From NCBI GenBank assembly GCA_900755985.1, contig CAAEIL010000010.1, forward strand, positions 1-60,642: a stretch of 60,642 bases of DNA, read 5' to 3'. A program made the position numbers and the translations under genes. Below the pieces are notes generated by a model. It did not search any database. It was not told the DNA's origin and worked only from the letters and a program-made list of their open reading frames with translations. Below, piece after piece: positions 40,401 through 50,100 of this stretch (positions within the stretch are counted from its first letter, which is position 1; every line of letters begins with the position of its first letter). The stretch is from Bacteroidales bacterium. Lineage in GTDB: Bacteria; Bacteroidota; Bacteroidia; Bacteroidales; Muribaculaceae.

Positions 40401-40486
40401 CATTCTTAAACGCTCCCAAAACTGTTTCCGCACCTGCCAAAGCCACAGCCAAAGGCAAAAAGAACGGCAAGAAAAACAAAAAATAA
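37433..40486 (+). CDS. Large secreted Amidase_3-like protein with golvesin-like insert and FN3 domain (family often labelled 'xanthan lyase')
   Basis: Signal peptide from ATG 37433 (ORF open from 37364). IALWQSHG, TVEDL, FAWHSDA and PAMLLEFLSHQN resemble Amidase_3 Zn/catalytic motifs. INQQMGGGTWIYLG..VSADAVKIGGG insert; FN3 LTWSATPD. Confidence 0.7.
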   Translation: MYCPLTKTVPTVALAIAMAMPATIAYASTPEQDAVTSALKKHYPGTSNLGALRVGAVNINDDAKTITAELNETAAYIPLTQQTLAQLKNEVAAGLGDRYADYDVNLNIIYRDKKGNTTDRVSLDQLVLFAPKNVKGPTETDPFISRLDADKAPAGLDGKNIALWQSHGWYFEPKLNRFEWQRARIFQTVEDLFTQSYVMPYLMPMLENAGAYVMSPRERDTNPVEIIIDNDGALARGKYTENGSWSDAGTGFAYKNKTYKDVENPFRDGTARKANVSALADNAAHASWTADFPKAGNYAVYVSYTSLPESAKDALYRVNSKNGSKDFRINQQMGGGTWIYLGHFDFDKGTPELPVVELIAQGANGGVVSADAVKIGGGTGNIARKVKNSNDNIEYDYVTSDYPRFTEGARYWLQWAGAPDSVFTPSGNVNDYTDDYRCRGLWVNWLTGGSSMLPDRAGLKIPVDLSFAWHSDAGTTMNDSIIGTLGIYCTAGDKYANGSDRNTSRDFCDLVMTNIVDDVRAQFEPNWTRRGMWNSSYYEARVPEVPAMLLEFLSHQNLADMKYGLDPNFRFTVSRAVYKGMLKYLAHRDGREYVVQPLPVHAFAINGGNDGRYNLTWSATPDSLEATAMPTYYNIEERVGDGGFRKIARVTEPRFELTVNDEAIHSYRIIAGNDGGVSFPSEVLALAYRPGKPVVTIVNGFTRVSAPDTFDSGEIAGFYDAKDAGVPYVSDISYIGPMFEFRRNIPWMDDDAAGFGASRANYEKEVIAGNTFDFVYAHGRAITQAGMGFISSSVEAFTNTLADADCPIVDLILGKQKEIKQGRGVYGTRYKTFPTALQNKIKAMTAVGTSFFVSGAYVATDLWDNPNSSETVAEADQKFATEVLGYHWRVGQASVTGQAYEVQSRFKAFNGGEFDFSNIMNSDCYAVESPDSFYAPDTAKGATIMRYSENNLVAGTAFDPGTYRTVVIGFPFETIKGADAQAKLMKQVLSFLNAPKTVSAPAKATAKGKKNGKKNKK

Positions 40487-40518
40487 ATCTATCACTTTTC
40501 TAAAAAATAACCTCAGAC

Positions 40519-41982
40519 ATGAAAAAAACAATTAATTGCTTCGTGCCATTCGCCGACGCAGAACAAGCCCGCGTTACCGTCGACGGTCTCAAACAAAGCC
40601 CCTTAGTTACCCAAATCTTTCTTCTGGCAACAAATTCCGAGGCCAAGGCCATCGAAGGGTGCGAACTTATTGCCATCGACGCCCTCAACTCGTCGGCTAC
40701 CATGAAAAAAATCGCCGCCGCCGCTGACAGCGACTTCATTCTGCTCTACACCAAATTTAACAATCTGGTAATGGGCTACTTTGCTCTCGACCGTTTTGTC
40801 CGTCTGGCCGAAGACTCGAAAGCCGGTATGCTCTATGCCGACAGCTACACCGTAGTCGAAGGCAAAAAATCCAACGCTCCGGTCATCGACTACCAGTTCG
40901 GCTCGCTTCGCGACGACTTCAACTTCGGCTCGGTGCTCTTCTTCAACACCGCTGACTTCAAAAAAGCCGCCCAAGGGATTGACACCGAGTACACCGCAGC
41001 CGGCCTCTACGACCTGCGCCTTCGTCTGAGCCGTATCGCTCCCATTGTTCATATCAACGAATATCTTTACAGCGACGTCACCGTTGACAACCGCAAATCG
41101 GGCGAAAAAATATTCGACTACGTTGACCCCAAAAACCGTGGCGTACAGATTGAAATGGAAAAAGCCTGCACAGCACATCTTAAAGCCATAGGTGGTTATC
41201 TCGAACCCAAATTCACCGGAATCGACTTCAACAAAGGCGATTTCGAATACGAAGCTTCGGTTATCATACCTGTACGAAACCGCATACGCACCATACGCGA
41301 CGCCATCAAATCAGTACTTTCTCAGAAAACCGACTTCCCCTTCAACCTCATCATCATCGACAACCTCTCGACCGACGGTACAACTGAAGCCATCGAAGAA
41401 TTCAAGGACGACCCCCGTCTGGTACACATCGTGCCCGAACGTGACGACCTTGGTATCGGCGGCTGCTGGAATGTCGGTGTACAGCATCCCAAATGCGGCA
41501 AATTCGCCATTCAGCTCGACTCGGACGACGTATACTCCGACGAGAACACACTGTCAAAAATGGTAAAAGCTTTCTATGACCAGAAATGCGCCATGGTTGT
41601 CGGCACCTACATGCTGACAGACATTGACAAAAACCCCATTCCGCCGGGCGTCATCGACCACAAAGAATGGACTCCCGAAAACGGCCGCAACAACGCACTG
41701 CGCATCAACGGTCTGGGCGCTCCCCGCGCATTCTACACCCCCATGCTGCGCGAAATCCATGTTCCCAACACATCGTACGGCGAAGACTACGCCCTGGGAC
41801 TCGCCTTCTCACGCCATCACCAGATAGGTCGCGTATACGACGTTGTCTACCTGTGCCGCCGTTGGGACGACAACTCGGACGCCAATGTCGACGTTGTCAA
41901 GATGAACAACAACAACCTCTACAAAGACCGCATCCGCACCTGGGAACTCCAGGCACGTTGCGCCATGAACGCCGAAAAATAA
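40519..41982 (+). CDS. Two-domain family-2 glycosyltransferase-like protein
   Basis: C-terminal GT-A: SVIIPVRN, DNLSTDGT, QLDSDD, GEDY; N-terminal degenerate GT-A half; no signal peptide or TM. Confidence 0.85.
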   Translation: MKKTINCFVPFADAEQARVTVDGLKQSPLVTQIFLLATNSEAKAIEGCELIAIDALNSSATMKKIAAAADSDFILLYTKFNNLVMGYFALDRFVRLAEDSKAGMLYADSYTVVEGKKSNAPVIDYQFGSLRDDFNFGSVLFFNTADFKKAAQGIDTEYTAAGLYDLRLRLSRIAPIVHINEYLYSDVTVDNRKSGEKIFDYVDPKNRGVQIEMEKACTAHLKAIGGYLEPKFTGIDFNKGDFEYEASVIIPVRNRIRTIRDAIKSVLSQKTDFPFNLIIIDNLSTDGTTEAIEEFKDDPRLVHIVPERDDLGIGGCWNVGVQHPKCGKFAIQLDSDDVYSDENTLSKMVKAFYDQKCAMVVGTYMLTDIDKNPIPPGVIDHKEWTPENGRNNALRINGLGAPRAFYTPMLREIHVPNTSYGEDYALGLAFSRHHQIGRVYDVVYLCRRWDDNSDANVDVVKMNNNNLYKDRIRTWELQARCAMNAEK

Positions 41983-42007
41983 TCGTTGCGTAAAAACGAA
42001 AGAGAAT

Positions 42008-42955
42008 ATGACACGTATCTCATCGGCACTCGCCGACAAGCTTATAGCCGAACAAATTGCCGAGTGGCCTCAGGCCGCCGGCAATTTCGAGGCGCTAAAA
42101 GGCGTCCGCGTCAAAGACCTTGATGTCGACGGCATGCACATCAAAGTACAGTTCAACCCCGCACGCATTGTCTCGTCATCGGCAAAGGTCGATGCCAAGA
42201 GCCTCAAAGAACGTAAATGCTTTCTCTGCGGCGCAAACCGTCCCGAAGTCCAAAAAGGGCTCTCCTGGGGTAAAGATGACAAATACATCGTACTCATCAA
42301 TCCTTTCCCCATCTTCCCCCGCCACCTCACCATTCCCGACAACAATCACGTCGACCAGCTTATCGTCGACCGGGCCGAGGACATGATGGACCTTGCTTCA
42401 GATCTCGATTCATACACCGTGTTTTACAACGGACCCAAATGCGGAGCTTCTGCGCCCGACCATATGCATTTCCAGGCCGGGAACAGCGACTTTCTGACCA
42501 TTGACGAAAACCTCGACGGCGCTGACCTTAAAACCGTTGCCGAGGATAATGGCGCAACACTGGCTCTTGTCGACACCATGCCACTGAAAGTCTTTGTCAT
42601 CGATGCCGAAGACCATAAAGCCGGTGCCAGCTTGTTCCGTCGACTCTATGATGCAATGCCCATACCCGAAGGCGAACGCGAGCCTATGATGAACATCCTT
42701 TGCTACGCCACACCCGCCGGTGTCCGCATGGTTGTCATTCCCCGCAAACGTCACCGTCCGTCGTTCTATGGCATGCCCGAAGACGGTGAGGACAAAATGT
42801 TGCTATCTCCTGCCTCGGTCGACATGGGAGGCGTATTCATCACCCCTCTTGAAAAAGACTTCGACAAGGTCGACTCTGACCTCATTAAAGTAATTCTTGA
42901 CGAACTCTGCCTGAGCAAGGACGAAATCGACGCAATCGCCGAAAACGTAAAATAA
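42008..42955 (+). CDS. DUF4922 family protein (HIT/GalT-like HxHxQ nucleotidyl-transfer motif)
   Basis: QFNPARIVSS, CFLC, NPFPIFPRHLTI, FYNGPKCGASAPDHMHFQAG, SPASVDMGG. Confidence 0.85.
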   Translation: MTRISSALADKLIAEQIAEWPQAAGNFEALKGVRVKDLDVDGMHIKVQFNPARIVSSSAKVDAKSLKERKCFLCGANRPEVQKGLSWGKDDKYIVLINPFPIFPRHLTIPDNNHVDQLIVDRAEDMMDLASDLDSYTVFYNGPKCGASAPDHMHFQAGNSDFLTIDENLDGADLKTVAEDNGATLALVDTMPLKVFVIDAEDHKAGASLFRRLYDAMPIPEGEREPMMNILCYATPAGVRMVVIPRKRHRPSFYGMPEDGEDKMLLSPASVDMGGVFITPLEKDFDKVDSDLIKVILDELCLSKDEIDAIAENVK

Positions 42956-42967
42956 GATACTCTACAA

Positions 42968-43006
42968 TATCCGAGCCGGAGACCTTTGCTATCTCCGGCC
43001 CGGATA
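42968..43006 (+). terminator. Intra-operon stem-loop
   Basis: TATCCGAGCCGGAGA / TCTCCGGCCCGGATA (one mismatch); no T tract. Confidence 0.5.
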
Positions 43007-43077
43007 ATAAAAACCAAGGGACACAATCCCACTCAAGACAGCAAAAGACATTCTTCTAAACTACAACGACAGAAAAT

Positions 43078-44394
43078 ATGTTAGAACCTTTTGTAAAAGT
43101 AGGCATACTCAACGCCCATACAATCGACATAGTCCTGCTTGACACATACACAGTCGACGGACACGAAGTCCGCGGACCACAGACCCTGAGTGCTACTCCT
43201 GATGGTAAAATAGCATGGCAGGGACGCGAATATGACGGACAACTCGAATTCCACCCATACAATCCTGGAGGAATATTCGAAATCAAGGACGTAGTCATCG
43301 GTGTCAACTTCCACTGGGAGCGCAAAGAGGACCAGCGCTTCAGCGGCTCGGCACGCTTCATAGTCGAAGATGGCCGACTGACAATAATCAACATACTGCC
43401 TGTCGAAGACTACCTGCTAAGCGTCATTTCATCCGAAATGAGCGCCAACGCATCGCTTGAGCTTCTCAAAGCCCATGCCGTTATTTCACGCTCGTGGCTT
43501 CTGGCTCAGATTGACAAAAACAAACAGCTTACAGCCGAAGCCACACCCTACTCTGCATGCACCGAGACCGAAACCGAGCGCATCAAGTGGTATGACCGCG
43601 AAGACCATGTCAACTTTGACGTCTGCGCCGACGACCACTGCCAGCGTTATCAGGGTGTGACACGTCAGTCAACCCCCAAAGTTGCCGAGGCAATAAAAGC
43701 CACACGCGGACAGGTGCTGATGTACGACGACATGCTGTGCGATGCCCGTTTCTCGAAATGCTGCGGCGGCGTGTTCGAACGTTTCGAAAACTGTTGGGAA
43801 CCAAAATCGCTCCACTACCTTGCCGCTCGCGCCGACAAACCCGACGAGAATGATTACCCCGACCTGACAATCGAAGAAAATGCGCGCCAATGGATACTCT
43901 CGCGCCCGGAAGCGTTCTGCAACACCTCGGACGCCTCCATACTGTCGCAGGTTCTCAACAACTACGACCAGGAAACAACAGACTTCTTCCGCTGGAAAGT
44001 AGAATATGACGCCGAAAAACTTAGCGAAATCGCCTGCCGCCGCTCGGGAATCGACTTCGGCCGCATCATTGACCTCGAGCCCCTTGAGCGCGGAACTTCG
44101 GGACGTATAGTCCGTCTTAAAATCACGGGCACCAAACGCACAATGATTTTCGGCAAAGAACTCGAAATACGCAAAACACTATCCGAGTCTCATCTGTACT
44201 CATCGGCATTCGTCGTCGAAAAACAAGGCGACCCGGCTATGCCCTCGAAATTTATACTCCACGGCGCCGGATGGGGACACGGCGTTGGCCTGTGCCAGAT
44301 AGGTGCAGCCGTCATGGGAGCCAAAGGCTACGACTATCGCAACATCCTCGCACACTACTTTGTCGATGCCGAAATCCGGCCCATGTACGAATAA
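43078..44394 (+). CDS. SpoIID/LytB family lytic transglycosylase
   Basis: VEDYLLSVISSEM (catalytic Glu), LKAHAVISRS, CADDHCQRYQG, GWGHGVGLCQIGA, ILAHYF. Confidence 0.92.
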   Translation: MLEPFVKVGILNAHTIDIVLLDTYTVDGHEVRGPQTLSATPDGKIAWQGREYDGQLEFHPYNPGGIFEIKDVVIGVNFHWERKEDQRFSGSARFIVEDGRLTIINILPVEDYLLSVISSEMSANASLELLKAHAVISRSWLLAQIDKNKQLTAEATPYSACTETETERIKWYDREDHVNFDVCADDHCQRYQGVTRQSTPKVAEAIKATRGQVLMYDDMLCDARFSKCCGGVFERFENCWEPKSLHYLAARADKPDENDYPDLTIEENARQWILSRPEAFCNTSDASILSQVLNNYDQETTDFFRWKVEYDAEKLSEIACRRSGIDFGRIIDLEPLERGTSGRIVRLKITGTKRTMIFGKELEIRKTLSESHLYSSAFVVEKQGDPAMPSKFILHGAGWGHGVGLCQIGAAVMGAKGYDYRNILAHYFVDAEIRPMYE

Positions 44395-44538
44395 CCTAAT
44401 ACGTATATTAATCAAATCCAATCACCACATATACCGATTGTGAGTCTTTTACGCCTCATCGGACATTAGATTTTCCCTACTCAGCATACAATCCCTAAAT
44501 ATACCCTGAATATTTAAACCAATAATCACATAACTACA

Positions 44539-45903
44539 ATGAGAAAAGCGACCAAACGCAACCCATGGGCCTGGATTCCGACCCTCTATTTCGCACAAGG
44601 CATACCGTTTATTTTTATAAACATGGTCACCATGGTGCTCTTTACCCAACTCGGCATGAGCAAAGCCGATGCAACAATGTACACCGGATGGCTTTATCTG
44701 CCCTGGGTAATCAAACCCTTCTGGGGTCCTATCGTCGACATCATCAAAACCAAACGTTGGTGGACAGTCACTATGCAGCTGTGTGTAGCCATCGGCCTTG
44801 GTCTCATTGCATTCACCCTTCCCATGCCTTCAGAAGCCGCAATCAAAGCAGGTCTTCCGGTAAGCGCCTTTATGGTCTGCCTCTTCTTCTACTTCGTCAC
44901 AGCATTCTGCTCGGCCACTCATGACATAGCCTCGGACGGTTTCTACATGATAGCCCTCAACACCAACGAGCAGAGCCTCTTTGTCGGTATCCGCTCGACA
45001 TTCTACCGCTGTGCAAGCGTTTTCGGCCAGGGTGGTCTGGTTATCATAGCCGGATTGCTCGAGACAGCAACAGGCAGTGTTGCCTCAGGCTGGTTCTGGA
45101 CTGTAATCGGTTGTGCTGTCTTCTTTGGCATAGTATTCATCTATCATGCCTTTATACTCCCCTACCCCGAAGCAGACCGACCTGTCGGTGGCGAAGGTGC
45201 CAAATCCATTTCGGGTATTCTCCGCGAATTTGCCGGTTCGTTCGGCACATTCTTCAAAAAGAAATATGTCATCCTTGCAATGCTTTTCATGCTTCTATAT
45301 CGTCTTCCTGAGGCTCAGGTAGTCAAGCTTTGCCAGGTATTTCTTCTTGCTCCGCGCGACGCCGGCGGTCTGGGAATGACACAGACCGAAGTAGGTTTTG
45401 CATACGGCGTCCTTGCCATCATAGGTCTCACTGTCGGCGGTATCATCGGCGGCATCTGCGCATCCCAGGGCGGTCTCCGCAAATGGATCTGGCCTATGGC
45501 TTTGGCTACCTCACTCAACTGCGTTGCTTATATCATCCTTTCCAACATTCAGCCTGACTACACTATTCTCTCCGGCAAAATCATCATCTGGTGCTGCATA
45601 GTTCTCGAACAATTCGCTTACGGATTCGGCTTTACGGCCTTTATGCTCTTTATGATGTATTTCTCAGAAGGCCCGTACAAAACATCGCATTACGCAATTT
45701 GCACCGCTTTTATGGCACTCGGCATGATGCTTCCCGGCATGGCCGCAGGCTGGATTATGGAAAATCTCCTTGGTGACTCTTACGTCAACTTCTTCTTCTG
45801 GGTTCTTTGCTGCAACCTTGCAACCTGGTGTGTAACAGCGCTGGTACGTCCTCACATCAATCCCGAGTACGGAGCCAAGCGTGTTGAGAAAAAAACAAAA
45901 TAA
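44539..45903 (+). CDS. ampG: AmpG-like muropeptide MFS permease
   Basis: LYFAQGIP, LPWVIKPFWGP, SATHDIASDG; about 12 TMs. Confidence 0.85.
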   Translation: MRKATKRNPWAWIPTLYFAQGIPFIFINMVTMVLFTQLGMSKADATMYTGWLYLPWVIKPFWGPIVDIIKTKRWWTVTMQLCVAIGLGLIAFTLPMPSEAAIKAGLPVSAFMVCLFFYFVTAFCSATHDIASDGFYMIALNTNEQSLFVGIRSTFYRCASVFGQGGLVIIAGLLETATGSVASGWFWTVIGCAVFFGIVFIYHAFILPYPEADRPVGGEGAKSISGILREFAGSFGTFFKKKYVILAMLFMLLYRLPEAQVVKLCQVFLLAPRDAGGLGMTQTEVGFAYGVLAIIGLTVGGIIGGICASQGGLRKWIWPMALATSLNCVAYIILSNIQPDYTILSGKIIIWCCIVLEQFAYGFGFTAFMLFMMYFSEGPYKTSHYAICTAFMALGMMLPGMAAGWIMENLLGDSYVNFFFWVLCCNLATWCVTALVRPHINPEYGAKRVEKKTK

Positions 45904-45913
45904 TAACGTAACA

Positions 45914-47146
45914 ATGAAACGAATACTCAGCATAGCTCTCGCCGCCATAGTTGCTCTTGGCACAATGGCTCATGTGAAACCCGGTATCGAGGTTTTGCGC
46001 GACCGCGGATTTGAAGGTCTCAAAGGCAAACGCGTGGGTCTCATTACCAATCCGACCGGTGTCGACAACAAACTGAAATCGACGATCGACATTCTGCACG
46101 AAGCGCCCGATGTACAGCTTGTGGCTCTCTTTGCACCCGAACACGGCGTGCGCGGCGATGTACACGCCGGCGACCACGTGGACAACTTTGTAGACCCGGC
46201 AACCGGTGTCACCGTATACTCAATGTACGGCAAGACACGCAAGCCCACTCCCGAAATGCTAAAGGACATCGACGTACTGATATATGACATCCAGGACATA
46301 GGCTGTCGCTCGTACACTTTCATCTCATCGATGGGTGTGGCTATGGAAGCCTGCGCCGAACTTGGTAAGGAATTCATGGTCCTCGACCGTCCAAATCCAG
46401 TCAGCGGTAACAAAGTCGAAGGCAACCTCACCGAGCCCGACTGCATATCGTTCGTCAGCCAGTTTGCCATACCGTATCTCTATGGTCTGACTCCGGGCGA
46501 ACTCGCCAATATGCTTAACGGAGAAGGCATGCTCGAAGGCGGCAAGAAAGTCAAACTTACTGTCGTACCCATGGACGGCTGGAAACGCAACATGACTTTT
46601 GCCGACACCAAGATGCCTTGGGTATTGCCCTCACCGCATATCCCCAATCCCGAAGCCGCCGTTATGTATCCCGTTTCGGGTATCCTCGGCGAACTCGGCT
46701 ACATGTCAATCGGTGTCGGATACACCGAGCCTTTTAAGCTATTCTGCTCTGTATGGACAAATGCCGAAGAACTCGCCCGCCGCATGAACGCACTCAATCT
46801 TCCCGGCCTTATGTTCCGCCCCATTCACATAAAGCCATTCTACTCGGTCGGTGCCGGCAAAAATCTTCAGGGTATCGAAGTCTATGTCACCGATGTAGAG
46901 AAAGCGCCTCTGTCGCTCGTCCAATTCTATGTCATGCAGGAAGACGCCGCCATGAACCCCGACAAAGCCACCTTCAAGGAAGGCAATGCCGACCCAAAAC
47001 GTTTCAGCATGTTTGACAAAGTCTCCGGCTCCAAGCAGATTCGCGAGCGTTTTGCCAAGAACCATAAAGTCGCTGACATCATTGACTACTGGAACAAAGA
47101 TGCCGAATCCTTCAAAGCAAAATCGGCCAAATATTATCTCTATTGA
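45914..47146 (+). CDS. namZ: Exo-beta-N-acetylmuramidase NamZ (DUF1343), secreted
   Basis: Signal peptide; VGLITNPTG, FAPEHG, YDIQDIGCRSYT, VLDRPNP, WVLPSPHIP. Confidence 0.9.
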   Translation: MKRILSIALAAIVALGTMAHVKPGIEVLRDRGFEGLKGKRVGLITNPTGVDNKLKSTIDILHEAPDVQLVALFAPEHGVRGDVHAGDHVDNFVDPATGVTVYSMYGKTRKPTPEMLKDIDVLIYDIQDIGCRSYTFISSMGVAMEACAELGKEFMVLDRPNPVSGNKVEGNLTEPDCISFVSQFAIPYLYGLTPGELANMLNGEGMLEGGKKVKLTVVPMDGWKRNMTFADTKMPWVLPSPHIPNPEAAVMYPVSGILGELGYMSIGVGYTEPFKLFCSVWTNAEELARRMNALNLPGLMFRPIHIKPFYSVGAGKNLQGIEVYVTDVEKAPLSLVQFYVMQEDAAMNPDKATFKEGNADPKRFSMFDKVSGSKQIRERFAKNHKVADIIDYWNKDAESFKAKSAKYYLY

Positions 47147-47172
47147 TTCAACGAACACAAAACAAAGCCACA

Positions 47173-50100
47173 ATGCCTGAACGGGATACATACAAACTGT
47201 TTGTCAGCGACCTGAGCAAGACGGTCGACCGTAAACGCATTTATACCGACCCGCTGCGCTGTTTCGGCTGGGGTACAGACGCCGGATTCTACCGTATGAC
47301 TCCGCAAGTCGTCGTCCGTGCCGCCAATACTAAAGAAGTTTCGGAAGCGCTTAAGATCGCCACACGCTATAATCTGCCTGTGACCTTCCGTGCAGCCGGC
47401 ACATCTCTGTCAGGACAGTCAATCAGCGACTCTATTCTCATCGTCGCCGGCAAACATTGGGAAAAGTACGAAATCGGCGACGAAGGTAATCTGATAACGC
47501 TCCAGCCCGGTATCATAGGCCAGCGAGTCAACGAACTTCTTGCTCCCTACGGCAAACAGTTCGGTCCCGACCCGGCATCCAAGAAATCAGCCATGGTCGG
47601 CGGCATAGTCATGAACAATGCTTCGGGCATGAACTGCGGCGTCCACGCCAACTCAGACCGCTGTCTGGTATCCATTGAGCTTGTACTTGCCGACGGCACA
47701 ATACTTGACACCGCCGATGAAAACTCACGTCAGGCTTTCATGCTCAGTCACGGCCATGTAATAGAGGAAATTTGCGCCATTCGTGACGCCATTCGCCGCA
47801 ACGACGAACTTGTCAGACTTATACACTACAAATATGCCATCAAGAACGTTACCGGCCTCAATCTTTTGCCCTTCGTAACCTACGAAGACCCGTTCGAAAT
47901 CATAGCCCACTGCATGGTCGGCAGCGAAGGTACACTCGGTTTCATGTCACGTGTGACCATGAAAACGGTCCACCTTTATCCCTTCACGGCCTCGGCAATG
48001 CTCTACTTCAGTGACATGGCCGAAGCCTGCCGGGCGGTCGTCGCCATGCGCAAGGATGCACCGATACAGTCGTGCGAGCTTCTTGACAAAAAATCACTGT
48101 CTACAGTCCACGACAACACCGGCGAAGGTCTCACGGCCCTATTGCTCGAGACAAAAGCCGACACGCGCGAACAACTTGACGAAAATATTGCCAAGGTCCT
48201 TGAAGTTCTACGCCCGTTCGACATGTTCCAACAGCCACACTTCACCACTGACCCCGACGAATACGTCGCCTGGTGGGCCATACGCTCGGGCATATTCCCG
48301 GCTGTCGGCGGAACACGCCGTCCCGGCACCACTGCACTCATCGAGGACATCGCATTTCATATCGAAGACCTGCCCGAGGCCACGGTAGCTTTAGCCGACA
48401 TTCTCGCCCGTTCGGGATATGACGATGCCTGTATATACGGCCACGCCCTCGAAGGCAACTACCACTTCATAATTTCGCAGGCCTTTGACTCACCTCAGGA
48501 AATTGAGCGCTACCGCAGTCTAATGTCCGAGATCGAGCATCTTGTCACCGAGCGCTTCCATGGTTCGCTAAAAGCCGAGCACGGCACCGGACGCAACATG
48601 GCGCCTTTCGTCCGCCACGAATGGGGTGACGATGCCTGGCAGATGATGCGTAGGCTCAAGCAAGCCCTTGACCCTAAAGGACTGCTCAACCCCGGTGTCA
48701 TCTTTAACCCCGACCCCGAGTGTTATATCAAGCATCTGAAGTCGCTGCCACTGTTTTACGAACCCGCCGACCGATGCATCGAATGTGGATTCTGCGAAGT
48801 CAACTGCGTGTCGTGCGGGCTAACCCTCTCGGCACGTCAGCGTATCGCCGTCCAGCGCGAAATTACACGTCTCAAACACACCGGTCAGGAACCCGGGCGC
48901 CTGAATCTGCTCGAGAAATCCTTCCGCTATTACGGTGACGAAACATGCGCCGGCGACGGATTGTGCTCGACATCGTGCCCTATGAAAATCAATACCGGCG
49001 ACCTTGTACATGCAATACGCCAGAAATCGCTTCCCGAAGGCTCGACCGGTTACAAAATCGGCAACTGGGCCGCAAACCATCTTCCGTCCATAAAAGGGAC
49101 ACTGCGTCCCATGCTCAGCACCGCAAACGGTGTACGCAGCGTCATCGGCGACAAAGCCGTCAACGTCCTTGGCCGGGGACTCCATAAACTTGGCTTGCCT
49201 TTGTGGAACTCGTCTCTGCCCGGAGCATACCATCGTCACGACATGGCACAACAGCCTCAGGCAAGCAAAGTCGTATATTTCCCCTCATGCATCAACCAGA
49301 CTATGGGGTCGACTGCCGAAGGCAAAACCAAGCCCAGACCACTGATTGATGTCATGGTGGAACTTTGCAACAAAGCCGGATACGAAGTCATTTTCCCCGC
49401 TAATATGAACGCTTTGTGCTGCGGTATGATATGGTCGAGCAAGGGCATGCCGGATATTGCACAGCGCAAGAGCGATGAACTCGAAAAAGCACTCCGCACC
49501 GCCTCGTGCGACGGTAAATATCCCATACTCTGCGACCAAAGCCCGTGCCTGCATCACATGCGCGAGCACATGAAATCGCTGAAGTTATTTGAGCCGGCCG
49601 AGTTCATCGAGAAATTCCTTGTTCCCAACCTCATTTTCCGCCCTACCGATACCCCCGTTGCCATACATGTAACATGCTCGACTCGACGCATGGGGCTCGC
49701 CGACACCATAATCTCGCTAGCACGACGCTGTTCGTCCGACGTCATGATTCCCACCGAGGTAGGATGCTGCGGTTTTACCGGCGACAAGGGCTTTACATAT
49801 CCCGAGCTCAACGCATGGGGTCTGCGCAAACTCCGCGTACAAATACAGGCCGCCGGTATAAAATACGGTTACTCCAACTCGCGCACCTGCGAGATAGGTC
49901 TTTCGGCCAACTCCGGAATTCCCTACAAATCGATAGCCTATCTTGTCAACGAGGTGACACGTCCCCGAGGTTACGACCCCGCATACGACGAAAAGCCCGC
50001 TGAGCAGGACAATGCCGAACTTAACTTCGGACACACCGAGGATTTGTATCACACAGACACCGAACGTCTGAGCGAATTCATGCCCAAAGAACAAATCCGG

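Noticed and set aside
37433..40486. Literal xanthan lyase call
   Set aside because: No PL8 catalytic domain recognisable; only the accessory golvesin-like module fits, and the motifs and context point to an amidase.
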